From: an uncultured virus (IMG/VR IMGVR_UViG_3300047320_000091)
Taxonomy: Duplodnaviria; Heunggongvirae; Uroviricota; Caudoviricetes
Reading direction: 5' to 3' (one strand)
Length of the DNA: 59,488 bases
IMG/VR virus record: IMGVR_UViG_3300047320_000091
The notes below the pieces were generated by a model. The model saw nothing but the letters and a program-made list of their open reading frames with translations. It was not told the origin of the DNA and did no database searches. Position numbers and translations under genes: made by a program. Below, one piece after another: positions 1-8,286 of this stretch. Positions within the stretch are counted from its first letter, which is position 1. Each line of letters opens with the position of its first letter.

Positions 1-539
1 CGTTCGTGAACACCTCGACGTCTGCAACGATGGCGACCTGCAACTCGAACCTGGACGCGATGCTGGCGAAGTTTTCGCAGTACTCGTTCATCGAATGGAT
101 CGACCTCTACGCGCTGATCGACGAGCCTGACAAGGCCGGCGCCGAAGGACGGTTCGGCCTGATGTTCAATCTGTCATCCACCAAGCCCCTCATGGCTACG
201 GTCGACAAGTACACAGGTGGAGCCCAGCAGGCTGCTCCTGCACCAGCTCCAACTCCCGCACCTGCGCCAGCTCCTGCGCCGACGACGTCTGTGTCGTATC
301 CTGCAACGGTCGAGATCGCGAACAAGGTCTCGATGCGTCTGGCGCCGACTGTTGTCGGTGATGCAACGAATCTGGGCTGCCAAGGCATCCTGCTGCCGAC
401 CGGCCTGTCGATCGACCCGAGCACAGGTGTGATCTCCGGGACGCCGAACTATCCGGCCGGCTCCGTCAACTGGGTCACAACGACGATCATTGTTCAGAAA
501 ACCGGCCAGGTCTTCATCATGACCTGGAAGGTCTCATAA
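1..539 (+). CDS. 5'-truncated protein with Pro/Ala linker and C-terminal Ig-like (He_PIG-type) domain; possibly the end of a glycoside hydrolase domain
   Basis: ORF open to the window edge; APAPAPTPAPAPAP linker; LPTGLSIDPSTGVISGTP is a He_PIG-like signature; Y-L-D...E-RFGL resembles TIM-barrel GH C-termini. Confidence 0.6.
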   Translation, partial: FVNTSTSATMATCNSNLDAMLAKFSQYSFIEWIDLYALIDEPDKAGAEGRFGLMFNLSSTKPLMATVDKYTGGAQQAAPAPAPTPAPAPAPAPTTSVSYPATVEIANKVSMRLAPTVVGDATNLGCQGILLPTGLSIDPSTGVISGTPNYPAGSVNWVTTTIIVQKTGQVFIMTWKVS

Positions 540-1390
540 GGTGGCGCACCGCCCCGGTAACGGGTGTCGGCTCTAACGGGTAAGCCAGTAGCCCCGTAGT
601 CCTCGTAATTCCGCACCAGCGCAAACCCGACTGATCCTCGGAACGCATGCGGTTGAGGCACAGGTCGATCGACTTCTGGATTGGATCGACCCCACCTTAT
701 GGCTCGTGATGACACGCGGCGGCGGTTAACAGCGCACAGCCTATCGGCGAAGAGGTCCATGGTAAGTCGCCGACGACCGTTTGAGGTCCGCGTGATGCGG
801 ATCGAGGTCGAAAGGATCGGAGTCGTTCGTCCTGCGGGATGACGACGGTCACGAGCCAACTGTTACGCCCCCAAGAGCGGTGATGCGACATGCATCCAGC
901 GCAGGAACTGCGCGATGGCGATGGCGCCCCACGAGCCCTGAGATCCGACACGAGGCGCTCCGCTCTTGCTATCCGAAGGTTGCTGGCAACCTCCTACCCC
1001 GAAAGGGGAGGTGGCCCGAAGTGCGGGTCAAACAAAGCCAGAGCTTTTCCTCGGTCCAGCCGACGTCACCTGAAGACATAGGGGTGGCTGGTAAATTGGA
1101 GCCATGCGTCCAGCCGAGCGCTCACTCTGTGAGCACGCCCGCCGCCAACATGCTGCGGCGGGCACTATTCTGATGCGCCCCGTTTTCGCCTCTGACATCA
1201 AGTGCCCTGCGTCGACCACGCGGCTGCCGTCATTGCGTACGGGCCTCCGGGTCGTCCTGGTCAGGCGACTTCGCGGAGGGCGCTGCCGGGGAGCAGCAGG
1301 CAAGGCGCTGACCGCCATCCCCACTCATTCGCGGCTCCCCGCTAGGCAATGCCTGGGGGATAGTCAAAGGCGCACCGTATGGGCGCCGGC
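535..1390 (+). ncRNA. Large, highly structured non-coding RNA candidate (GOLLD/ROOL-like context) or array of small RNAs
   Basis: Back-to-back closing helices 535-544/692-701, 701-709/849-857, 872-880/960-968, 1137-1145/1155-1163, 1287-1294/1334-1341; GNRA-capped hairpins at 553-564 and 997-1008; no credible ORF; abuts tRNA-Phe. Confidence 0.6.
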
Positions 1391-1394
1391 CGTC

Positions 1395-1469
1395 GCCAGG
1401 ATAGCTCAGTTGGTAGAGCTACGGTTTGAAACACCGTGCGCCGAGGTTCGAAGCCTCGTCCTGGCACCA
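1395..1469 (+). tRNA. tRNA-Phe(GAA)
   Basis: Acceptor GCCAGGA/TCCTGGC+A+CCA; D arm GCTC/GAGC; anticodon stem ACGGT/ACCGT with loop TTGAAAC; T loop TTCGAAG. Confidence 0.92.
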
Positions 1470-1679
1470 TCTTTCGGTCGAGGACGGAACGGCCTCCCGT
1501 CGCGCCACTGAGCGACCATCCATAGCAGGTGGCAAAGTACTCCTTCGAGGAAGAGATGCGGGCACATGGGCAACCCGCCGACCGAACCATAAGCCGCAAG
1601 GCGCACGCACCCCTGCGTACCGACGACTGGTCTGACCGTCGCTTGAAGAAATCGGAGATGGGCGAGTTTCAACACATGC

Positions 1680-1752
1680 GTCGGTGAGCCCGTGGGGGTG
1701 GCCTGGTCTCCAAAACCAAGGTCCGAGGGTTCGACTCCCTACACCGGCGCCA
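1680..1752 (+). tRNA. tRNA-Trp(CCA), atypical or degenerate
   Basis: Acceptor GTCGGTG/CACCGGC+G+CCA; anticodon loop CTCCAAA; T loop TTCGACT; mismatches in the anticodon and T stems and an abnormal D arm. Confidence 0.7.
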
Positions 1753-1768
1753 AAGAAAAAGAAGAACA

Positions 1769-3088
1769 ATGAGCACCAAACGTTACAAGGTCATCGCCTT
1801 GAACGGCATCACGATCGGTGATGCCACCTATGCCAAGGACTCCATCGTCCCGCTCACTGATCTCGGAGCGAAGTACTTCCTGCTCAACAAACAGATCGCT
1901 CTCGCCGATGAGCAGGCGCCTGTCGGCACTCCCGGTGGTCCGAGCGAGGACGACGTCACCATCGACGTCAAGATCAACAACTTCGGCAAGACGGTCTCGC
2001 TCGCGAAGTTCATCGAAATGTTCCCCGACCTTGAGGGGCCGCAGGGCGACGTTGGGCCGAGAGGCTTCAACGGATCGAAGGGCGACAAGGGCGACAAGGG
2101 CGACATCGGGCAGGGCATCACGCTGAAGGGCGCCGTCGATAGCACGCTCTATCTGCCGGAAGGCGCCAGCGACGGCGACACCTGGCTCAGCCGAGACAAC
2201 GGCCATGGCTGGGCCTGGTCGGGCGGTCAGTGGGTCGACATCGGACCCTTCCGAGGCCCTCCGGGAGATCGAGGTCCGGCGGGTCCAGTGGGCTTGCCTG
2301 GCATTCAGGGATTCCAGGGTCCGCAAGGTATCCAAGGTCCCGTTGGTCCGAAGGGCGACAAGGGAGATCCCGGCCCTCAGGGCATCCAAGGCATTCAGGG
2401 CCCGAGAGGTGATCAGGGCATCCAGGGCCCGATCGGCCCGAAGGGTGACCAGGGCATTCAGGGACCGGCTGGCCCCATCGGAACGCCGCCGGCTTCCGGC
2501 GTCACGTTCGTTGCGACCACAAACGTCGCTGCGTCGAACGTTCAGGATGCCATCGCCGAGCTGGATGCTGAAAAGGCGCCGGTCAACCACACGCACGCCG
2601 CGGCGCAGATCAGTGACGCCACGGACATCGGCAAGACGCTTCTGAAGTCGACGGACGCTGCAGCGGCGCGCAACGCGCTTGGCGGCGCCGCGGCGAAGAA
2701 CATCGCCACCACGTCGGAAGTCCGCAACAACACCAACGCGGGCCTCGTTCAGGTCGACGCTGCATACGCAGCTGCGCAGTGGGTGGACCTCGGCAACATA
2801 TCCGGCGCGGTGACGATCAACTGCAACAACGGCTTCCGCTTCAAGGGCGTGCTGGTGGGCAACGTCGCCATCAGCTTCTCCAACGTCAAGGACGGCAAGC
2901 CCATCGAGCTCGATCTGATCCAGGACGTGACCGGCGGCCGAACCGTCAGCTGGTCCGGAGGAGTCATCTGGGCGAACAACACTGCGCCATCGGTGACCAC
3001 GACTGGCGGTCAGCATGCGCTGTTCTTCAGTGGCATCGGCCTCTGGGATAACGCCACCGTCTCGGCGGCAGCTTGGAAGTTCGGCTAA
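1769..3088 (+). CDS. Collagen-like fibre protein
   Basis: Long G-X-Y runs ([18 protein letters not shown]...); [10 protein letters not shown] and AARNALG fibre motifs. Confidence 0.85.
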   Translation: MSTKRYKVIALNGITIGDATYAKDSIVPLTDLGAKYFLLNKQIALADEQAPVGTPGGPSEDDVTIDVKINNFGKTVSLAKFIEMFPDLEGPQGDVGPRGFNGSKGDKGDKGDIGQGITLKGAVDSTLYLPEGASDGDTWLSRDNGHGWAWSGGQWVDIGPFRGPPGDRGPAGPVGLPGIQGFQGPQGIQGPVGPKGDKGDPGPQGIQGIQGPRGDQGIQGPIGPKGDQGIQGPAGPIGTPPASGVTFVATTNVAASNVQDAIAELDAEKAPVNHTHAAAQISDATDIGKTLLKSTDAAAARNALGGAAAKNIATTSEVRNNTNAGLVQVDAAYAAAQWVDLGNISGAVTINCNNGFRFKGVLVGNVAISFSNVKDGKPIELDLIQDVTGGRTVSWSGGVIWANNTAPSVTTTGGQHALFFSGIGLWDNATVSAAAWKFG

Positions 3089-3696
3089 TGTCGCTCATCC
3101 TTCCCTTCAGGCGGATCATCCCGGTCACGCGCCTGCCCGTCGTTCCTGGCTCGAACAGCTACGGTTACGGCACCCAAAGCATCGTCATCCCCGAGTACAA
3201 CGTGCTCACTGCGACCCTCTGGGGAGCCGGCGGTGGCGGCGGTGGCGTCGGTCAGCATCAGTATGGTGTCAACCAATACTGGGGCGGTACCGGCGAGACA
3301 TCCTACTTCTCCGGGGCAGCGGCCACGATCTACGCCTTCGGCGGCACAGGCGCGGGCAACTCCGACAGTAATGCGGGTGGCGGATCGCCTGGCAATCCAG
3401 GCGGTGCATCAAACGGCAACCTGCAGAACACCACTGGAGGCGGCAACGCAGGCGGCACAGGCGCCTATATGGACTTCGCCGGCCAGCGCGCTCAGGCGCC
3501 AAGTGGCGGCAACGGCGGATTGGTGCAGTCGAGGTGGACCTACGGTTCTCCCGGCGCTCCCAAGCCTGGCGATGTCTACACGCTGGTCTGCGGATCTGGT
3601 GGCGCTGGCGGCTACAGCACGCTTGGTGGCTTTGGAACTGTCGCTCAGTACGGCAATCCAGGCGCCAACGCATCCTTCAATCTTCAATGGAGTTAA
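3088..3696 (+). CDS. Glycine-rich adhesin-like fibre-associated protein
   Basis: LWGAGGGGGG and multiple GGxG loops; overlaps the fibre stop codon (TAATG). Confidence 0.7.
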   Translation: MSLILPFRRIIPVTRLPVVPGSNSYGYGTQSIVIPEYNVLTATLWGAGGGGGGVGQHQYGVNQYWGGTGETSYFSGAAATIYAFGGTGAGNSDSNAGGGSPGNPGGASNGNLQNTTGGGNAGGTGAYMDFAGQRAQAPSGGNGGLVQSRWTYGSPGAPKPGDVYTLVCGSGGAGGYSTLGGFGTVAQYGNPGANASFNLQWS

Positions 3697-3698
3697 AC

Positions 3699-4178
3699 GT
3701 GGACAAGATCGTTGTCCGCGAGACGTCTCCGAACGTGTTCGAAAAGCTGGAGTGGGGGCAGAGCATTGCCAATGGCAAAATTCTGCACCCCTGGCAGATC
3801 GTCGAGCTTTGGTCGGACGCGCAACTCGCGGCAGAAAATATCTACAAGGTCACGCCAGCGGTAATCCCGGGCGACAAGATCACGGTCAGCATGACGTTCG
3901 CCCGCAACGCGCAAGGTGTTGTCGAGCAGGTCTACACCTTCAGGCCAAAGCCGATCGCTGCTGTGACGCCGCGGCAGATCCGGCTGGCCCTGTCAATGAT
4001 CGGACTCCGCCAGCAAGTCGAGGACTATGTCAATGCCCAGGACATCACCGTCCAGGACAGCTGGCACTACTCGACGATGTTCGAGCGCAACAACCCGCTC
4101 ATGATCGCCTGCAAGGACTTCCTCGAAAAGACGGAAGAGGATCTCGACGAGCTGTTCATCCTGGCCGCGTCACTCTGA
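3699..4178 (+). CDS. Putative fibre assembly/chaperone protein
   Basis: GTG start after GGAG; C-terminal VTPRQIRLAL...DELFILAASL motif typical of genes following phage fibres. Confidence 0.6.
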   Translation: MDKIVVRETSPNVFEKLEWGQSIANGKILHPWQIVELWSDAQLAAENIYKVTPAVIPGDKITVSMTFARNAQGVVEQVYTFRPKPIAAVTPRQIRLALSMIGLRQQVEDYVNAQDITVQDSWHYSTMFERNNPLMIACKDFLEKTEEDLDELFILAASL

Positions 4179-4188
4179 AAGCACACCA

Positions 4189-4605
4189 ATGTTGTTCTCG
4201 ATCCTCATGGGGTTGATCCCGAAGCTCGGGACCTCATTCCTCGACTGGCTCGGCAAGAAGACTGACGCTGACCTGGAGAAGTTCAAGACCGCAGTCGGTG
4301 GCGACGTCACGCTCAACGTGGCGGAGCTGCGGTACAAGGTCGAGGTCGCCCGCATGGCAGCTGACATGCGCAAGGATGACCGTGAGCACTGGTTCACGGC
4401 CTGGATGGTCCCCGTCGCCTTCGCAGTTCTCTTCTTCCACGTCGCGGCAGTCGTTTTCGACTCCATCCCGCTGCTTGGCCATCAGGTAGGCAGCTGGAAG
4501 ATAGCCGCGCTCCCCGCGCCCTACGACACCATGCAGGTTCAAATCGTCCTGACGATCTGCGGTGTCGCGGGCATCTCCTCACTCAAGAAAATCTTCTCAC
4601 GATGA
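4189..4605 (+). CDS. Membrane protein, 3TM holin-like
   Basis: Amphipathic N-terminus, two hydrophobic segments, basic C-terminus. Confidence 0.55.
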   Translation: MLFSILMGLIPKLGTSFLDWLGKKTDADLEKFKTAVGGDVTLNVAELRYKVEVARMAADMRKDDREHWFTAWMVPVAFAVLFFHVAAVVFDSIPLLGHQVGSWKIAALPAPYDTMQVQIVLTICGVAGISSLKKIFSR

Positions 4606-4931
4606 AATCCGTAACCGACAGCTCCTTCTCCGCCGACGTCCTCGAAGCCAAGGGGCCAGTGGTCATCAAGTTCGAGGCACGCTGGTGCCAGCCGTGCAAG
4701 GCGATGACGCCGATGCTCGAAGCCGTCGAGAAGGAGATGGCCGGCAAGGTCACCTTCCTGAAAGCTGACGTCGAGCACTGCGTGTCAGTCACCCAGCGCT
4801 TCAAGGTCGGCCAGGTGCCGGCGCTCGTCGCCGTCAAGGACGGCATCGTCACTTCCATGAAGACGGGAGCAGCGCCGCGTCAGGAGATCCGCAAGTGGGT
4901 CGACCAGGCCTTCGCCGGCCTGAGTGACTGA
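4602..4931 (+). CDS. trxA: Thioredoxin
   Basis: WCQPC active site; thioredoxin-size protein with cis-Pro motif (GQVP). Confidence 0.9.
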   Translation: MKSVTDSSFSADVLEAKGPVVIKFEARWCQPCKAMTPMLEAVEKEMAGKVTFLKADVEHCVSVTQRFKVGQVPALVAVKDGIVTSMKTGAAPRQEIRKWVDQAFAGLSD

Positions 4932-5140
4932 TGGCCTTCACCTTCGATCTACGAAACCGCACTGCGGTTCACGAGAATGGCTTCACGCTCCCGATCGACC
5001 TCTACGACAATGATGGCGATTACACCGAGGAGCCGAAGGAAGCCGTCTCGATCGGTTTCGTGATGCCGCCTGACGGCATCTACGTCACCATCGACATGCG
5101 GAACCTCGCTGACGACGAGATCGTCACCGTCCTGCACTAG
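4931..5140 (+). CDS. Hypothetical protein
   Basis: Coupled ORF (TGATG) with phage-like codon usage. Confidence 0.6.
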   Translation: MAFTFDLRNRTAVHENGFTLPIDLYDNDGDYTEEPKEAVSIGFVMPPDGIYVTIDMRNLADDEIVTVLH

Positions 5141-5160
5141 CCAAGAAGAAGAACAAGAAC

Positions 5161-5706
5161 ATGGCTGAAGAAAAACGTCGTCGGGGTCGCCCGACGAAGG
5201 AGGAGGCTGCTGCCCGTAAGGCTGCCGCCGATGCCGCCGCCGAGAAGGAGGGCAAAGAGACCGCCTTCCTCGACGAAGTCCTTTCGCGGCCGATCAAGCG
5301 CCGCAACACCAAGCTCCAGCCGGACGAGGATACGCTCCGTACGCTCGGCGAACTGGGCAAGCTGTTCTGCACCCAGGACGAAGCCGCCGCCGTGCTCGGC
5401 GTCTGCAAGAAGACCTTCTCGACCTTCCTCGGTGAGTATCCCGAGGCGCGCGAGTCCTGGGACGACGGACTGATGCACGCGAAGGTCTCCCTGCGCCGCA
5501 AGCAGCTCGCACTCGCCGACAAGAACGCGCCCGCCGCCATCTTCCTCGGAAAGAACTACCTCGCCCAGAAGGACGAGAACACCACAAACCTGAACGTCAC
5601 CAAGCCGGCCAACGAGATGACCGAGGAGCAACTCCTCGAGATCGCGGGCCAGGCCGCAGCACCGCGGCAGCCCCCGGCGAAGAAGACCGACAGCACAGTC
5701 CACTGA
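5161..5706 (+). CDS. Probable terminase small subunit
   Basis: HTH-like segment (TQDEAAAVLGVCKKTF); AAIFLGKNYLAQKD motif; upstream of the large terminase. Confidence 0.7.
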   Translation: MAEEKRRRGRPTKEEAAARKAAADAAAEKEGKETAFLDEVLSRPIKRRNTKLQPDEDTLRTLGELGKLFCTQDEAAAVLGVCKKTFSTFLGEYPEARESWDDGLMHAKVSLRRKQLALADKNAPAAIFLGKNYLAQKDENTTNLNVTKPANEMTEEQLLEIAGQAAAPRQPPAKKTDSTVH

Positions 5707-5717
5707 GGCAGCGCCAG

Positions 5718-6575
5718 ATGACTTTCGATCGACGCCGCGCCCAAGGCGTCACCGAAAGCATCCGCCAGCAGAGGCGTGAGCAGCTGGAGGTCAGCCTCCA
5801 GCAGGCGCGAAATTTTTCCGAGACGAAGCGAGAGATCCAGCCCGAGCCTCCGCCGATCGTTCCGGTCCCAACCATCACCATCAAAGAGGAAATGAAAATG
5901 GGTCTCCCCCACCTGGTTATCGTCGGCGCCGACAAGGGCGGCGTTGGCAAGACTGTCGTTGCACGCACCGTGCTCGACTACTTCAAGGCTCAGGGCGTCG
6001 ATGCCCGAGCGATCGACACGCAAATGCCCGAGGGCAACCTCAAGCGCTTCCACCCGGACGTGACCGAGGTCATCGACCTCTCCAGCTCGGACGGCCAGAT
6101 CAAGGTGTTCGACTCGCTGCCCACCAGCCCCGTCACCGTGATCGACATCCAAGCCGGCCTGCTGACGCCCACGCTGACCCTGCTCAGCGAGATCGGCCTG
6201 CTCTCCATGGTCGAGGACGGCAAGATGAACGTGACTGTGATGCATGTCATCGGCAGCACGGTCCAATCGCTGAGCGAGATCGAGGGTGCCTCCAAGATCC
6301 TGACCGGCTCGCGCCACTTCATCGTCAAGAACCACACGAACGACGCCGCATTCTTCGCCGGCCTCAACGTGTCGACTGAAGCCCTGAAGACCGGCACCGC
6401 GTTGATCGACATCGCCAAGCTCGACGAGCGCGCCACCGAGTACGTCGAGGCTGCGGCCACGTCGTTCGCCAACTACGCCAAGACCGGCGACTCCTTCACG
6501 ATGAAGGGCAAGGTCGGCCACTGGCTGAAGGGCGTGTTCGCGCAGTACGACGCGGCCAAGCTCAACATCAAGTAA
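5718..6575 (+). CDS. ParA/MinD-like P-loop ATPase (alternative start 5892/5898)
   Basis: Deviant Walker A GADKGGVGKT; AIDT and VIDI strands. Confidence 0.8.
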   Translation: MTFDRRRAQGVTESIRQQRREQLEVSLQQARNFSETKREIQPEPPPIVPVPTITIKEEMKMGLPHLVIVGADKGGVGKTVVARTVLDYFKAQGVDARAIDTQMPEGNLKRFHPDVTEVIDLSSSDGQIKVFDSLPTSPVTVIDIQAGLLTPTLTLLSEIGLLSMVEDGKMNVTVMHVIGSTVQSLSEIEGASKILTGSRHFIVKNHTNDAAFFAGLNVSTEALKTGTALIDIAKLDERATEYVEAAATSFANYAKTGDSFTMKGKVGHWLKGVFAQYDAAKLNIK

Positions 6576-6714
6576 TCGAAGAGAACAAGCCCCCTGACGG
6601 GATCGACCGCGGCAGCCGGAAGCGCAAGTTACCCGGTGGCGGTCGACCGCAATACTAAGTCCTGAATTAACAGGACGATCCTCTTGGCCAGAGGGCGTGG
6701 GGTCATCTTCTTCT

Positions 6715-6788
6715 GACGCGGTGGCCGAGCGGCCAGGCAGCGGACTGCAACTCCGCGGAGGCTGGTTCGACTCCAGCCCGCGTCTCCA
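6715..6788 (+). tRNA. tRNA-Cys(GCA)
   Basis: Acceptor GACGCGG/CCGCGTC, discriminator T, CCA; anticodon stem GCGGA/TCCGC with loop CTGCAAC; T loop TTCGACT. Confidence 0.92.
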
Positions 6789-6802
6789 ACCTTCAAGAGA
6801 AC

Positions 6803-8266
6803 ATGCAAAATCTGATCGACGTCTCCCCCGAGGAGGCGGCGGCCGAACTCCTGCGTCGCAAGAGGGGCCGCGAGCACCTCATCGACTTCACCGAGTACAC
6901 GCTCCACAAATACTACGCCGATCCGTTCCACCACCTGGTTGCCCAGAAGCTGGAAGCGGTCGAGCGCGGCGAGATCAAGCGACTGATGCTGTTCGCTCCG
7001 CCGCGACACGGCAAGTCGGAGCTGTCCACTCGACGCTTTCCCGCCTGGTACATGGCGCGCAATCCCGAGAAAAACGTCATCTCGGCATCCTACAACGGCG
7101 ACTTCGCAACGACCTTCGGTCGCGACGTCCGCAACATCGTCCAGGGCAAGGAGTTCAAGACCCTTTTCCCGGACGCCAAGATCCGCACCGACAACCGCGC
7201 TGCCGATGAGTGGGAGCTGGAGAAGGGCGGCAAGTACTTCGCGGTCGGCGTCGGCACCGGCACCACCGGTAAGGGCGCCAACCTTTTCCTGATCGACGAT
7301 CCGATCAAGGATCGCAAGGACGCCAACTCTGCCTCGTTCCGTCAGGACCAGTGGGATTGGTACCGCGACGTCGTCTACACCCGTCTCGAAGAGGACGCTG
7401 CAATCGTCCTCACGCTGACGCGGTGGCACTACGACGACATCGCCGGCCGCCTCGTCGACCTGGCGAAATCAGGCAAGGGTTTGCCGTGGGACATTCTGTA
7501 CCTGCCGGCGCTGCCCTACACCAAGAAGATCAAGCACGAGGACGGCACCGAAGAGCTGATCCTCAACGACGACGGCACCGTCCCTGGTGATGCTCTCGGG
7601 CGCAAGCCCAACGAGCCACTGGCGCCTAACCGGTTCTCCTATGCGGCTCTCACCGACCGCATGGACGTTCTCGGCGAACGGTCCTTCGCTGCGCTCTACC
7701 AGCAGCAGCCGATGGCCGACGACGGCGGAATGTTCAGCGCTGCATGGTTCGAGGCTCCCGGCGAGATGCCGGCCCGCCGCGTTCGCGTGCGCGCATGGGA
7801 TTTGGCTGCATCAGCCGATGGCGACTACACGGTCGGCGTCCTGATGTCCAAGGACATGAACGGCGTCTTCTACATCGAGAACGTCATCCGCTTCCGCGGC
7901 TCCGCGCTCGAAGTCGAGAAGAAGATCTTCGACACCGCGCGCAGCGACGGACACTCGGTCCAGATCGTCATCCCGCAAGACCCGGGCCAGGCCGGCAAGA
8001 GCCAGGCCTCAAACTTCATCCGCCGGCTCGCCGGCTATCGCATCAAGGCAATCCGCCCCACAGGCTCCAAGGAGACCCGCGCCGCAGCGTTCGCTGCGCA
8101 GTGCGAAGGTCGCAACGTGAAGATGGTGAAGGCTCACTGGAATGAGTGCTTCACCGATGAGTTGGAAATGTTCCCGCTTGGCACCCATGATGACCAGGTG
8201 GACGCAGCGTCCGATGCCTTCAACGAACTCCTCGGACCCCGCAAGGCCGCGATCCTTGACTGGTAA
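6803..8266 (+). CDS. terL: Terminase large subunit
   Basis: PPRHGKS Walker A; LIDDP Walker B; AWDLA and DDQVDA RNase H-like nuclease motifs. Confidence 0.95.
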   Translation: MQNLIDVSPEEAAAELLRRKRGREHLIDFTEYTLHKYYADPFHHLVAQKLEAVERGEIKRLMLFAPPRHGKSELSTRRFPAWYMARNPEKNVISASYNGDFATTFGRDVRNIVQGKEFKTLFPDAKIRTDNRAADEWELEKGGKYFAVGVGTGTTGKGANLFLIDDPIKDRKDANSASFRQDQWDWYRDVVYTRLEEDAAIVLTLTRWHYDDIAGRLVDLAKSGKGLPWDILYLPALPYTKKIKHEDGTEELILNDDGTVPGDALGRKPNEPLAPNRFSYAALTDRMDVLGERSFAALYQQQPMADDGGMFSAAWFEAPGEMPARRVRVRAWDLAASADGDYTVGVLMSKDMNGVFYIENVIRFRGSALEVEKKIFDTARSDGHSVQIVIPQDPGQAGKSQASNFIRRLAGYRIKAIRPTGSKETRAAAFAAQCEGRNVKMVKAHWNECFTDELEMFPLGTHDDQVDAASDAFNELLGPRKAAILDW

Positions 8267-8286
8267 AGTCAGGACGTCCCCCAACA

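Noticed and set aside
1500..1560. Hammerhead-like CTGA..GA strings here, near 631 and near 6595
   Set aside because: They do not fit the CUGANGA...GAAA core with three helices
494..1769. Numerous short ORFs on both strands (e.g. 880-1173, 1104-1511, 1419-1769)
   Set aside because: Arg/Ala/Pro-rich with no codon bias, and they overlap tRNAs and RNA helices; better explained as non-coding
2030..2480. Tandem DNA repeats
   Set aside because: Explained by the collagen G-X-Y coding sequence
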